Shown here: positions 37,849-48,228 of the stretch, piece by piece
How the letters are laid out: the number at the start of each line of letters is the position of its first letter
Numbering within the stretch: position 1 is the first letter of the stretch
Virus record (IMG/VR): IMGVR_UViG_3300029930_000001
Coordinates: 10,935 to 74,934 of that record
Direction: 5' to 3' (one strand)
DNA length: 64,000 nucleotides
From: a virus
Taxonomy: Duplodnaviria; Caudoviricetes
Translations under genes and position numbers: made by a program
Notes under the pieces: generated by a model
What the model was told of the DNA's origin: nothing
Seen by the model: the letters and a program-made list of their open reading frames with translations, nothing else
The model's database searches: none

Positions 37849-38433
37849 ATGATCTATCCCGCCACTTACGACATTACAATTCTTCAAAATTCCACGTGGA
37901 AAGGAGAGTTTCGTGCAACTGGCGAGCGAAAGCCAATTGATAGTGTTGTTGTTATTGCCAGTGGTGCCACGTTTAATGCTCCGTGTCATGGATTGAGTGC
38001 TGGCAATAAAGTGGTATTTACTGGTAGCGGAACTTTACCATGCGGGCTGGATTTCAATACTGTTTATTATGCCATTGCGTCGGGACTTTCGCATAGCACG
38101 TTTAAAGTGGCCGCGAGCAGTGGCGGAACAGAAGTGGCGGTTAGCAGCAATGCCAGTGGAGTGTTTTATTTTGCCCCTCCATTGAACATGTCTGGGTATG
38201 CTGTTGATGCAGACATTAAGCAATTAACGAACGACACGCAAGTTGCCACATTTTCTTGCTCAATTGTTGATAGTGGAAATGGAGCTTTTAGGGTGGAAAT
38301 GGCACCCAGCGTTTCGTCTGGCATTGCCACTGGTCGATATGGTTATGACGTTAGCCTGACCACTTCTGGCGGCGAACGTTATTACTGGCTTACTGGCACT
38401 GCTACAGTAGTGCGCACTTATTCAAGGAATTAA
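37849..38433 (+). CDS. fibre adaptor/baseplate-upper-like protein
   Basis: PATYDITI.Q...W; GRYGYDV.LT...G.RYY.L.G; paralogue of 43396-43740. Confidence 0.5.
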   Translation: MIYPATYDITILQNSTWKGEFRATGERKPIDSVVVIASGATFNAPCHGLSAGNKVVFTGSGTLPCGLDFNTVYYAIASGLSHSTFKVAASSGGTEVAVSSNASGVFYFAPPLNMSGYAVDADIKQLTNDTQVATFSCSIVDSGNGAFRVEMAPSVSSGIATGRYGYDVSLTTSGGERYYWLTGTATVVRTYSRN

Positions 38434-38496
38434 TGGTTAGCCAATGGAAGATTGTTTTCTGCGTTTAAAATAGGACAATGGCTCTAGAGGGCGCAC

Positions 38497-41367
38497 ATGG
38501 CCGACGTACAACTTGTTGAAATTTCCGCAACCGAAGGGGCGCAAATAATTAATAGCACAGTTGAAGCACAGCAGCCAGCACAAATTGTATTGGCAGTGCC
38601 TGGAGTGCAAGGGCCAACTGGCAATAATCTCCCAGCAAGCGGGACAACACATCAAGTGTTGTTTAAGCAAAGTAATACAAACTATGACACTGGATGGAAG
38701 CTGATTACGAATGATAATGTGGATGGAGCGGCTGCGATTGCGGGAACAAAAATTAGCCCTAATTTTGGCAGTCAAACAATACAGACCACGGGCGTGTTTA
38801 GTCATGCATTGGGAACGACTGGTGCGCCAAGCATCACTTTTACGGGAGACGTAAATACCGGCATCTACAGCCCCGGCGCGGACCAACTAGCCCTGAGCAC
38901 TAATGGCACTGGGCGGTTGTTTGTGGATGCGAGTGGGCGTGTTGGCATAGGCCAGTCAGTCCCCGTCGACAGTCTTCATGTGGTTGGTGCAGCAAGATTT
39001 GGAAGCACAAACTTCATAGGGATAGGTGCAGATGGAAGTGGGTCTTATTTGGAAAGCGTCATCGGCACTCACGTTCTTAGATTCAATACAAACGGATCAG
39101 AACGCCTGCGCATCACCAGCGACGGCAAGGTCGGTATTGGGATGAGTTCGCCGAGCACTACTCTCGACGTAATAGGAAATAGCCGTATTAGAACGGGCGC
39201 AAAGTCGGGGAGCAATACCTATCTGAATCTGGAGTCTACGGATGCGACGAATACGATGTCGCTTACATTCCAGAATGCGACCAATCAAGCATGGATCATT
39301 CAGGCGGTTGAAAACGGCGTTGCATATAGACCTATTGCACTTAATCCTTCTGGCGGCAATGTCGGCATCGGCACCACGAGCCCTGGCGGCAAGCTACAGA
39401 TTAACGCTCAAGATGGATTTTTGTTTGATGTTGGTGCCGGCGCGTATTCCTACATGCGTTTTGGTTCTCAAAACGCAGGAGAAGGTGTTGCAGAGCTTGC
39501 AAACGAGAGAAGTTCCGCGAAAGTATTTCTCAAAACTGGCCTTACAGGATCAACACTAAATACAAGACTAGAGATTGATGGCGCAGGTGCAACAATTATC
39601 AATAACCAAAGCGGAACCGAACGCGCCCGCATCGACTCCTCCGGCCGCCTGCTGGTGGGGACGTCTAGTGCGCTAAATGTTGGCGGAAATCTAGGATTTG
39701 AGCCGTTGCAAGTAAATGGGATTGGCATGAGCCTTCCAAGGTTTGCCGCCGCTGGGAATGGCTCAATCTTGACGTTTAGTCGCAGTCTATCCTCAACAAC
39801 AGGAACAAACACTTCCGTAGCAAGCGGCACGCATTTAGGCGCTATTGAGTTTACGGGAGCCGATGGAACTTCTTACCCAATTGCTGCCCAAATTATTGCC
39901 GCAGTAGACGGCACCCCCGGCGCCAACGACATGCCGGGGCGCCTTGTCTTCAGTACCACCGCTGATGGTGCTAGTTCTCCAACCGAGCGCCTCCGCATCA
40001 CCAGCACCGGCAACGTCGGCATTGGGATTAGTACGCCTAACTATTTAATAACGGCAAATTCCTCTACTGCAATTTCTGCGCTCCAGTTTATAAATTCTTC
40101 AACCGGCTCTACCGCAAGTGATGGGTTCCTTGTCTACAACAACGGTCTTAATGCAATCCTGTCTAACGAAGAGGCCGGAGACTTGCGGCTTCAAACGAGC
40201 GGGCAGCAACGGCTGACAATTGATTCCTCAGGTCGCGTAGGGATTGGCACTACGAGTCCTGGAGCAACCCTTCACGTCGAGGGTTCTGAACTCAGAGTCA
40301 AAAACGGCACTGGTGTTCCTAACGTTACGATTGCGGGCCGCGATACGGATGGGACCGCTATTCTTGCTTTTCAGAATAATGGGTCGTCTTCTAGTAATGC
40401 AACTTTAACCGCCACAACAAATACTCTTGCTATTGCAACCGGCGGCACCGAACGCCTCCGCATCGACAGCTCCGGCAGATTGCTGGTGGGGACGAGTACA
40501 GCACGAAGCAACTTCTTTAACACATCTACCTTTGCTCCAGGTATTCAACTTGAAGGAGCAATAGATCAAAACCGCATCCTCTCTGTTGTTGGCTCTGACT
40601 CTGGCGGCGCTGGCGGCGTTTTGGTTCTAGCTAGTCAAAAAAGCGGAGCCGTTGGTGGAAACACGATTGTTACCAATAATGGTCAGCTTGGGCTTGTAAG
40701 TTTCCAAGGCAGTGATGGCACTGAGTTTGTTGAGGCTGCGCGGATTCAGGCCGAAGTAGACGGCACCCCAGGCGCCAACGACATGCCAGGCCGCCTGGTC
40801 TTCTCCACCACCGCCGACGGGGCGAGTTCTCCGACACAGAGAATGACCATCTATAACAATGGCAATACAGGTATTTTTACAACCAGCGTAGACAGCTTGT
40901 TCCTTGATAACTCTGCCGCCGCTGGAACTACGGTTAGTTTTCTATTAGGAAGGTACGGCGCCACCGGGCTTGGCTCTGGAACAGCTTCTTTCCGCGTGTG
41001 GACCAATGGCAATGTAGTCAATACAAATAATTCTTACGGTGCTATCTCCGACATCAAACTGAAGGAAAACATTGCTGACGCTGGTTCCCAGTGGGACGAT
41101 ATCAAGGCACTTCAGGTCCGTAAGTACAACTTCAAAGAAGGCCAGACCCACACCCAAATCGGTCTAGTCGCCCAAGAAGTAGAACAGGTCTCCCCTGGTC
41201 TAGTTTACGAATCCCCTGACCGCGACGAAGACGGAAACGACCTTGGCACCGTCACCAAGAGCGTCAACTACTCCGTGCTTTATATGAAAGCGGTGAAGGC
41301 ACTGCAGGAAGCAATGGAGCGCATCGAAACCCTTGAGGCTAAAGTTGCTGCTGTTGAAACACCGTAA
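38497..41367 (+). CDS. modular tail fibre with C-terminal peptidase S74 chaperone
   Basis: Repeated ER.RI.S.G.VGIGT..P modules; SDIKLKENI...IGL.AQEVE...P S74 domain. Confidence 0.85.
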   Translation: MADVQLVEISATEGAQIINSTVEAQQPAQIVLAVPGVQGPTGNNLPASGTTHQVLFKQSNTNYDTGWKLITNDNVDGAAAIAGTKISPNFGSQTIQTTGVFSHALGTTGAPSITFTGDVNTGIYSPGADQLALSTNGTGRLFVDASGRVGIGQSVPVDSLHVVGAARFGSTNFIGIGADGSGSYLESVIGTHVLRFNTNGSERLRITSDGKVGIGMSSPSTTLDVIGNSRIRTGAKSGSNTYLNLESTDATNTMSLTFQNATNQAWIIQAVENGVAYRPIALNPSGGNVGIGTTSPGGKLQINAQDGFLFDVGAGAYSYMRFGSQNAGEGVAELANERSSAKVFLKTGLTGSTLNTRLEIDGAGATIINNQSGTERARIDSSGRLLVGTSSALNVGGNLGFEPLQVNGIGMSLPRFAAAGNGSILTFSRSLSSTTGTNTSVASGTHLGAIEFTGADGTSYPIAAQIIAAVDGTPGANDMPGRLVFSTTADGASSPTERLRITSTGNVGIGISTPNYLITANSSTAISALQFINSSTGSTASDGFLVYNNGLNAILSNEEAGDLRLQTSGQQRLTIDSSGRVGIGTTSPGATLHVEGSELRVKNGTGVPNVTIAGRDTDGTAILAFQNNGSSSSNATLTATTNTLAIATGGTERLRIDSSGRLLVGTSTARSNFFNTSTFAPGIQLEGAIDQNRILSVVGSDSGGAGGVLVLASQKSGAVGGNTIVTNNGQLGLVSFQGSDGTEFVEAARIQAEVDGTPGANDMPGRLVFSTTADGASSPTQRMTIYNNGNTGIFTTSVDSLFLDNSAAAGTTVSFLLGRYGATGLGSGTASFRVWTNGNVVNTNNSYGAISDIKLKENIADAGSQWDDIKALQVRKYNFKEGQTHTQIGLVAQEVEQVSPGLVYESPDRDEDGNDLGTVTKSVNYSVLYMKAVKALQEAMERIETLEAKVAAVETP

Positions 41368-41371
41368 TCAG

Positions 41372-41500
41372 ATGACCTACACCCTCAAAGAACAAGCGCT
41401 CGCTCTTCTCAAAAGCATTGAAAACTCCGATGATGCTTGCTGTTCGTGGGACTTCACCACGATTCGGGAAGCGTTGGAATCCATCCCTGACGAACAGTAG
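41372..41500 (+). CDS. small hypothetical protein
   Basis: My translation: MTYTLKEQALALLKSIENSDDACCSWDFTTIREALESIPDEQ (below the ORF-track cutoff). Confidence 0.45.
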   Translation: MTYTLKEQALALLKSIENSDDACCSWDFTTIREALESIPDEQ

Positions 41501-41622
41501 TCCCCTTCTCTTCCATGCCCAGCGCACCTGTGCCTTACGCAGGTACGCCGAACGGGGCAATCACAAGGGGATCATTTCCCTAAAAACTCTCTTTAAACTA
41601 GTACAAAGCAATTTAACTCATC

Positions 41623-41937
41623 ATGGCAACCACCATTACTTACAACATCGCCAACATGGAGCGCACGCTCGTTGATGGCATTGTTTACACTGTTCACTAC
41701 ACTGTTGATGCGTTTGACGGCACTTATCGGGCAGGTGCTTACGGAAGCATTGGCCTTGAGCCGCCTGAAGAGGATAGCCTCATCCCCTTTGCCGATCTTA
41801 CGTCTGACACTGTTGTGGGCTGGACAAAAGACAAGCTTGGTGAAGAGCAGTGTGCCAATATTGAGGCGGCCCTGCAGGCGCAAATTGACGAACAAAAAAC
41901 GCCTTCAAAAGGAACTGGCGTGCCTTGGGCTAGCTAA
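41623..41937 (+). CDS. conserved fibre-associated protein
   Basis: ER...DG.V..VH.......A..YGS.GL...IP.ADLT...V.GW.K..LG...P...G.PW. Confidence 0.65.
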   Translation: MATTITYNIANMERTLVDGIVYTVHYTVDAFDGTYRAGAYGSIGLEPPEEDSLIPFADLTSDTVVGWTKDKLGEEQCANIEAALQAQIDEQKTPSKGTGVPWAS

Positions 41938-41960
41938 ACTCTTGCTTTCACCATCGTCCA

Positions 41961-42098
41961 ATGGCAGCAAAATCGAAAGTTGGCATTAGTGGCCAAAAAC
42001 TGTTTACGCCTGGCAAGCCAAAACGCAGTGCTCAAGGGCAAGGAAAAAACAGCAAACCTAATCATGGCCGCAAACAAACCAGAGGACAAGGAAAGTAA
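41961..42098 (+). CDS. small basic protein
   Basis: MAAKSKVGISGQKLFTPGKPKRSAQGQGKNSKPNHGRKQTRGQGK, followed by a terminator. Confidence 0.55.
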   Translation: MAAKSKVGISGQKLFTPGKPKRSAQGQGKNSKPNHGRKQTRGQGK

Positions 42099-42101
42099 TC
42101 A

Positions 42102-42124
42102 AGGGGCCGAAAGGCCCCTTTTTA
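42102..42124 (+). terminator. intrinsic terminator
   Basis: GGGGCC-GAAA-GGCCCC-TTTTT. Confidence 0.75.
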
Positions 42125-42157
42125 ATAGCATTACAATGGGAAGAAAGCATAGTGATC

Positions 42158-43378
42158 ATGGGCCAGATTATTGCAGGCGGTGAGCAGTTTGAAACTCACA
42201 TTGAAGCTGATTATCGCGGCAGGATTTTACTGAAAGGCCCTGACAGCGGAGAAGTGGATGCGTTTGGGAGGCAGCGTTTTAGCGAGCCGTTTATGCTTTT
42301 TGATAGCACTCTTCGTTATACAAAGCGTACAGATCAATGGTATGAAGCAGTTACTGGCGCTGGAACGACAAACTATATTGCGAATGAAAGCTCCTTAGAT
42401 CTCATTATCACCACTGCATCAGGAGACTCAGTGTTGCGCCGCACCAAGCGGGACATGCCTTATCAGCCAGGAAAAAGCCTACTGGTGCTGCAAAGTTTCA
42501 AAGGGGCAGAGCTAAAGTCTGGCCTGGTTCAAGAAGTGGGATTGTTTGATGATGATAATGGCGTGATGGTAAGAGCCAGTGGCCTGTCTTTACAGTTTGT
42601 CATTCGCAGCAAAGCTTCTGGCGCCATTGTTGAAGACGTTGTTGATCAAGCATCGTGGAACCTTAATACTTTACCAGAATTGGATTTTGGCAAAGCTCAA
42701 ATATTTACCGCCGACTTGGAATGGTTAGGTGTCGGTCGAGTGAGATGCGGTTTTGTTATTGACGGAGAGATTATTTATTGCCATGAATTCAATCATGCCA
42801 ATAACGTAGAGACAGTGTACATGACGACTGCCACTCTTCCGCTGTCATATCGTTTAGCTAATAACTCTACCACTACATCGTCTTCTACTATGAAGCAAAT
42901 TTGCTGTTCCGCAGCAAGTGAAGGTGGCTACGAGCCCGGAGGGCCTATTTACGCTGGAGGTGCAGGACTGACGGGCTTGTCCAGTATTACTAGTGAAACC
43001 ATGGTGGCGGCCATTCGCATGGCATCTGGCCGCACTGATAACGTGATTTTGCCTTCTCAAATTGATGTGGCAACAGACGGAAACGCAATTGCTCAATGGC
43101 GTCTCTATTTGAACCCAACTATTTCCGGCAGTTGGAACAATGCGGACAATGGTAGGGGGAATGTGCAAGTGATGAGTGGAGGCACTATCAGTAGTGGGAC
43201 AATTATTGCGGCTGGGCTAGTGAGCGGCAAGAACACAGTTGAATTTAGCCCTGAAAGTGCGCTGTCTCTTTCTTTGGGCAAGGATGCCACTGGAAGCAGT
43301 GACGTACTAGCACTTACCATTCAATGTGATAGTGCCATGAAAGCCACTGGTTTCATTGGTTGGAGGGAATTGTATTAG
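42158..43378 (+). CDS. conserved phage virion protein
   Basis: DAFGR.R.SEP..LFDS, YQPGKS, EWLGVGRVRCGF motifs. Confidence 0.6.
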   Translation: MGQIIAGGEQFETHIEADYRGRILLKGPDSGEVDAFGRQRFSEPFMLFDSTLRYTKRTDQWYEAVTGAGTTNYIANESSLDLIITTASGDSVLRRTKRDMPYQPGKSLLVLQSFKGAELKSGLVQEVGLFDDDNGVMVRASGLSLQFVIRSKASGAIVEDVVDQASWNLNTLPELDFGKAQIFTADLEWLGVGRVRCGFVIDGEIIYCHEFNHANNVETVYMTTATLPLSYRLANNSTTTSSSTMKQICCSAASEGGYEPGGPIYAGGAGLTGLSSITSETMVAAIRMASGRTDNVILPSQIDVATDGNAIAQWRLYLNPTISGSWNNADNGRGNVQVMSGGTISSGTIIAAGLVSGKNTVEFSPESALSLSLGKDATGSSDVLALTIQCDSAMKATGFIGWRELY

Positions 43379-43395
43379 GATGGGAAGCAAGGAGA

Positions 43396-43740
43396 ATGGC
43401 CATGATTGACCCTGCAGTTTATAACATTACCATTCATCAAGGTGCCACTTTTGAGCTTAATTTGCAATATAAAGATGGCACTGGTACGCCTGTCAATATG
43501 AGCGGATATACAGTGGCGGGGCAATTATGGAACAAGCTTGGCACGGCAAAGCTTGCTGATTTTACGCATCAATGGACCACTCAAGCCAGTGGTTCTTTTA
43601 AGTTGCGTTTGCCTGCTACGGTGACGAGTGGCATCACTGAGCAAGGGCAATATGACGTGATGATTACTGAGCCCAATGGGGATAAATACTATTTCTTGCA
43701 GGGTACGGCCTTGTTTGATCCCGGTCTTACTGGACGCTAA
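43396..43740 (+). CDS. fibre adaptor/baseplate-upper-like protein
   Basis: PAVYNITIHQGATF...QYDV.IT.P.G.KYY.LQG. Confidence 0.5.
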   Translation: MAMIDPAVYNITIHQGATFELNLQYKDGTGTPVNMSGYTVAGQLWNKLGTAKLADFTHQWTTQASGSFKLRLPATVTSGITEQGQYDVMITEPNGDKYYFLQGTALFDPGLTGR

Positions 43741-43742
43741 TC

Positions 43743-44900
43743 ATGGCAGAAGTGGTCATTTCTGAAGAGACAATGATTGTCTCTGTTACAGAAGGGGAGA
43801 AAAACGAGACGGTTATTACTATCCCGGCTCGGCCTTCCATTGCATTATCCGCTACTGGCCCGCAGGGGCCAATTGGCACTGGCATTCCATCTGGCGGCAC
43901 TGCTGGTGATTTACTGGTGCGCACGGCGTCTGGGACAAGCTGGACGGTCGATCCAGTGGTGGATACGCTTACTGTTGACATCACAGCTAGTGGAGCAGTC
44001 GCGACAGGGCAAATGCGCTGGAACGATCGCGAGCACACGCTTGACGTGGGCATGTTGCGTGGAGTGGTGAATCAAGTGGGACAGGAGACAATGATGACCT
44101 GTCTCAATACCACTGCTGGCACTATTGGCAATGGCAAGGCGGTGATGTTTACTGGCACGGATGATGCCACCACTCATCCCACCATTGGTCCAATGATTGC
44201 CGACGGTTCAGTGCCAGGCAAGGTATTTTTTGGCGTGGCCACTGAAGACATTCCTGCAGGAGAGGAAGGATATGTGACAATTTTCGGGAAGGTGCGAGAC
44301 ATTGATACAAGCGCTTATCCTGAGGATGCTATTTTATGGCTCGATCCTAATAATCCTGGAGAATTTGTTTTAACGGAGCCCATAGCTCCTGCATTGAAGA
44401 TTACTGCTGCGGCTGTTATTCGCTCCCATCCCACTGATGGTATTTTGCTGGTTAGGGCAGATGTTGGACAAAACTTGTCGGAATGCCATGATGTGGAAGC
44501 TGAAGCACCACTGACTGAACAATATTTAGGGTGGAACGAGGACATGCAGCATTGGATGCCTTATGACATTCCAAACGCAGCTCCCAAAAGCATTACGATT
44601 AGCGAGCCCTTGGTGGGTGATTCTTTCACTTTGTTTCGCACGTCTAAGGCAACCACGCTGGCAGGTGTGACAAGCTTAGTGGCTGGAGAGAATCCTGCTG
44701 TTGGCTATCAAATTCGATATGCGGCAAACCGCACTGCGTCTGGCACTTTGGCCATTGTTCCTGCTGTCGCCAACAATACAACTATTGGAGCAGCGGCCAC
44801 TGTACAGAACATGCCCATTCCATCGGGGAGCTATGTGTGGGTGAATATCACTACTGTTTCTGGCTTTGCAAGCGAATTTAATCTCTCCATTGCTTTTTAA
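43743..44900 (+). CDS. tail fibre/spike-related protein
   Basis: GPQGP collagen-like triplets and GIPSGGT.G fibre motif. Confidence 0.5.
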   Translation: MAEVVISEETMIVSVTEGEKNETVITIPARPSIALSATGPQGPIGTGIPSGGTAGDLLVRTASGTSWTVDPVVDTLTVDITASGAVATGQMRWNDREHTLDVGMLRGVVNQVGQETMMTCLNTTAGTIGNGKAVMFTGTDDATTHPTIGPMIADGSVPGKVFFGVATEDIPAGEEGYVTIFGKVRDIDTSAYPEDAILWLDPNNPGEFVLTEPIAPALKITAAAVIRSHPTDGILLVRADVGQNLSECHDVEAEAPLTEQYLGWNEDMQHWMPYDIPNAAPKSITISEPLVGDSFTLFRTSKATTLAGVTSLVAGENPAVGYQIRYAANRTASGTLAIVPAVANNTTIGAAATVQNMPIPSGSYVWVNITTVSGFASEFNLSIAF

Positions 44901-44935
44901 CGCTAAACTAAGGCAAGACATTCTTTACTATCGCC

Positions 44936-45355
44936 ATGGCGAGTTTCAATAAATTCAATTCTTTTGTCGAAGCGTTAGCGGAGAAAGTGCATAATCTTGG
45001 CAGTGACACGCTGACAGTGGCGCTTACCAATACGCTGCCTGTCAATACCAATACGCAACTTAGCAATATCACTCAAATTTCTTATACCAACATTCAAAAC
45101 GGCACGACTACTGGCCGCAATCTTACTGGCGTGACAAGCAGCCAAAGTAGTGGCACTTATACGCTTGACGCCTCTGATCTTACGCTAACTGCCACTGGTA
45201 CTGTTCCTAACTTTCGATATGTGGTGTTGTACAACGAAACTGCCACTAATGACGAGCTTATTGGCTGGTATGACTATGGCAGCACGGTTTCATTGTTAAC
45301 TGGTGAAACCTTTACGATCACTTGGGACGCCGCTGGTATTCTCACTCTCGCCTGA
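44936..45355 (+). CDS. conserved virion structural protein
   Basis: MASFNKF..FVE......LGSDTL.VALTN...LIGW.DYG...GETF. Confidence 0.55.
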   Translation: MASFNKFNSFVEALAEKVHNLGSDTLTVALTNTLPVNTNTQLSNITQISYTNIQNGTTTGRNLTGVTSSQSSGTYTLDASDLTLTATGTVPNFRYVVLYNETATNDELIGWYDYGSTVSLLTGETFTITWDAAGILTLA

Positions 45356-45373
45356 TAACTAGGAGGCGGACCA

Positions 45374-47665
45374 ATGGCTGTTGCACATAGCGCCTCATCA
45401 GAGAGTCATACAGGCGCAACTGGCTCAGCTAACCAGGCGAGCTTTAGTTGGACGCATACACAGACGGGCACGCCGCAAGGTGTGCTCGTTTTTGTTCATA
45501 ACACTAATAGCGCCACGCTTTTAGCAACAAGCGTGACGTATGGTACTGTCACGCTTAATAAGATTGCTGAAGGCGTGGCAATTGATACGACCACTGAGCC
45601 CGGTCGTACTGATTTGTTCTTTGCCGGTTCTGGACTGCCCACTGGCAACCAGACTATTACTGTCAATAGAACAAACAATGCCAGCATTATGTATGCAGCG
45701 GCGGCCACTGTTACGGCTGCCACTGATACAAATGTCACTGGTTTTGTGCTGTTGGAAAACGACGGCACAATGGCGCAGCAGAATGTTGACGACGGCTCGC
45801 CTGGGACAAACAGTCTTCGCTATGCAGGAGCCTATAGCGGCTTAAACGCGCCTCCCACGGCTGGTGCCAATAGTACGTTACTGCAAAGCATTGACGTGGG
45901 CAACCAAAGCTGTGGCTTGGTGCGGGAAACCACGGCTGGACAAGGTTCACGGCCGGTTGGTTTTGCTACGGCCACTGATGACCGTGCTGCAGTGCATGTG
46001 GCAGTACGAGAGCGCTTTAATCGCACAGACAATGCCGTTAAGGGCACGTTTACCTTCACTGGCAACCAAGCCACATTAGCTAGGGGGCTTGCATTTAACG
46101 TAATTAAAGGAGCCTTCATTTTTGCGGGCAATAATGCAGGGCTGGCTAATAATCATACGCTAGAAGCAGTTGCCGGTAGTTTTGCTTTTAATGGTAACAA
46201 TGCAGAGTTAGACAAGGGAAGCAATCTTCTCGCTGATCCTGGAGCGTTTGTCTTAAGCGGCAATGATGTTACGCTCACGATTGTTGTTGCTAAGGGATTC
46301 ACGGCCGAGGCCGGCGTTTTCAATCTTGCGGGAAACAATGCAGAGCTAACTCGTGGCTCTCAAATTGCGGCCGAGACTGGTGCATTTGTTTTTGACGGCA
46401 AGCCGGTCACTTTACAAGACACTGATCGTTTAGAAGCAGAAGCTGGCAGCTTCGCGCTTGCTGGCAATAATGTTTCCTTAACGAGAACTGTCAGCTTTAT
46501 CGTTGAAGCTGGCACATTTGCGCTAGATGGAAAGAACGCTGATCTAGCAGACACTGATCGCCTAGAGGCGGAAAAAGGCGTTTTCGCACTCACTGGCAAC
46601 AATGCCACTGTTCTCCATAGTTATTCCCTATCAGCAGAAGCTGGTAGTTTTTCAATTAGCGGGAACAATGTTTCTTTCTTGCGCTCTTTTGCGCTTCCCG
46701 TCGATGCTGGAACCTTTGCGTTCACTGGCAATAATGCTGGCGTTTTCCACGGGCGCTATTTAAGTGGTGGTAATGGTAGCTTCGTTGAAACCGGACAAGA
46801 CGTTTCTTTCGCACGTTCTTATGTAACAGAAGCGGGAACTGGCGTATTTAGCTTAGTTGGCAATCCTGCTGCCCTTACTGAACTTGGCGCCTACGAAATT
46901 GATCCGATTGTCGGCGGTTTTACGCTCACTGGCAAGACCGTCTCTTTAGCTGCTAGCACCATCTTCTCGGTGGATGCTGGCAGCTTTAGTATTGTCGGCC
47001 AAAACGTTTTATTTGCCATTGGCAAGGCCATTAATGTTGAAGCGGGCAGCTTTGCTCTTGGTGGGAATAATGCAAGCTTAGTCCACGGTTCAAAGATAGA
47101 CGCTGGGAGCGGCAGCTTTAGCTTTAACGGAAACAATATCGTTGTTGAGAAGAATTCTCAATTAGGAGCGAATGTTGGCAGCCTTGCTCTCAATGGCAAC
47201 AATGCTTCATTCTCCATTGGGAAATCAATCAATGTAGAAAACGGCAGTTTTGCGCTCGTCGGCAATGCCGCTTCGTTTGCTGAAGAGTCAGGAGCGTTTG
47301 TCGTTGAGCCTGGAGTGTTTGTTCTGCAAGGCAAGGCGGCAACTTTTGTCGTCAGTTCTGTTGTAGAAGCAGGCACGGGCGTTTTCTCTTTTATTGGTAA
47401 TTCTGCTGGTCTAAGCAAAGGTTATGCCTTGTCTGCCGACGATGGCAGTTTTGCCTTGGCGGGCAACAATGCGACGTTATTGGAAATCAATGTTTATTCG
47501 CTGCAAGCAAACACTGGCAGCTTCGCTTTAACAGGCAACGCTCCAGAACTCATCAAGGGCACGTTTTATATTTTTGACACGACCATTGCATCGTTTGTTA
47601 TTGCTGGTAACAATGCCAATTTAGACCGAACGCGCATTCGCAGGCGCAACATTTTAATTTTTTAA
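45374..47665 (+). CDS. repetitive beta-strand virion protein
   Basis: Many ~22-25 aa repeats of A..G.F...GN.A.L over the C-terminal two-thirds. Confidence 0.6.
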   Translation: MAVAHSASSESHTGATGSANQASFSWTHTQTGTPQGVLVFVHNTNSATLLATSVTYGTVTLNKIAEGVAIDTTTEPGRTDLFFAGSGLPTGNQTITVNRTNNASIMYAAAATVTAATDTNVTGFVLLENDGTMAQQNVDDGSPGTNSLRYAGAYSGLNAPPTAGANSTLLQSIDVGNQSCGLVRETTAGQGSRPVGFATATDDRAAVHVAVRERFNRTDNAVKGTFTFTGNQATLARGLAFNVIKGAFIFAGNNAGLANNHTLEAVAGSFAFNGNNAELDKGSNLLADPGAFVLSGNDVTLTIVVAKGFTAEAGVFNLAGNNAELTRGSQIAAETGAFVFDGKPVTLQDTDRLEAEAGSFALAGNNVSLTRTVSFIVEAGTFALDGKNADLADTDRLEAEKGVFALTGNNATVLHSYSLSAEAGSFSISGNNVSFLRSFALPVDAGTFAFTGNNAGVFHGRYLSGGNGSFVETGQDVSFARSYVTEAGTGVFSLVGNPAALTELGAYEIDPIVGGFTLTGKTVSLAASTIFSVDAGSFSIVGQNVLFAIGKAINVEAGSFALGGNNASLVHGSKIDAGSGSFSFNGNNIVVEKNSQLGANVGSLALNGNNASFSIGKSINVENGSFALVGNAASFAEESGAFVVEPGVFVLQGKAATFVVSSVVEAGTGVFSFIGNSAGLSKGYALSADDGSFALAGNNATLLEINVYSLQANTGSFALTGNAPELIKGTFYIFDTTIASFVIAGNNANLDRTRIRRRNILIF

Positions 47666-47714
47666 CGACAGACAAAGCTCTGCTGTAACATAAAAGAAAC
47701 AGGCACATTGTCTC

Positions 47715-48038
47715 ATGGCGCAAGAAATTTGGAACGGAGAACAATATGAAAAAATGCTTGTTGAACCGCTTGGGCAGGTGGGAGTAGCGCGTCAATTGGC
47801 CGCTAGTTCTGGCAGCACCAATACACAATTAACAAGCACTTGCCAAAGGATTACTGTACGTGCAGTGACGGCCGACATTCGCTACGCCATTGGAAACGTT
47901 GCGCAGATAGCCACTGCCAGTGGTCATTTTATCGCTAGTGGCGAACGCCTTGATTTAGCAGTGCCTTTAAATGCAAACATTGCCGTCATTAGGAATGCAA
48001 GCACTGACGGCACTTTAGAACTGACGGAGCTCATCTAA
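47715..48038 (+). CDS. hypothetical virion protein
   Basis: 107-aa ORF within the structural block. Confidence 0.55.
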   Translation: MAQEIWNGEQYEKMLVEPLGQVGVARQLAASSGSTNTQLTSTCQRITVRAVTADIRYAIGNVAQIATASGHFIASGERLDLAVPLNANIAVIRNASTDGTLELTELI

Positions 48039-48193
48039 TGCCAAGATTACGCATTACTCGCGTGAGCGCAACTGGAGCGGCTGGAGATGCTACCACAGTT
48101 ATTGTTTCTGTGGTTGAAGATTATTTCGCTGATATTAGCGTTCAAATGTTCTCTTATAGTTTTTTCGGCTTTCCCGAGTGGTGGGGTAGTTAG
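48038..48193 (+). CDS. small hypothetical protein
   Basis: TAATG coupling; my translation MPRLRITRVSATG...FGFPEWWGS. Confidence 0.4.
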   Translation: MPRLRITRVSATGAAGDATTVIVSVVEDYFADISVQMFSYSFFGFPEWWGS

Positions 48194-48228
48194 AATCAAA
48201 CTAACAGCATCAACATTGCAATAAATCA

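Noticed and set aside
38497-41367. Diversity-generating retroelement in the tail fibre repeats
   Set aside because: There is no reverse transcriptase in the window, and differences between repeat copies are synonymous third-position changes, not adenine-specific.
45496-47418. Numerous antisense ORFs over fibre, repeat and tape measure genes
   Set aside because: They are shadow ORFs from biased codon use on the coding strand, with no motifs or start context.
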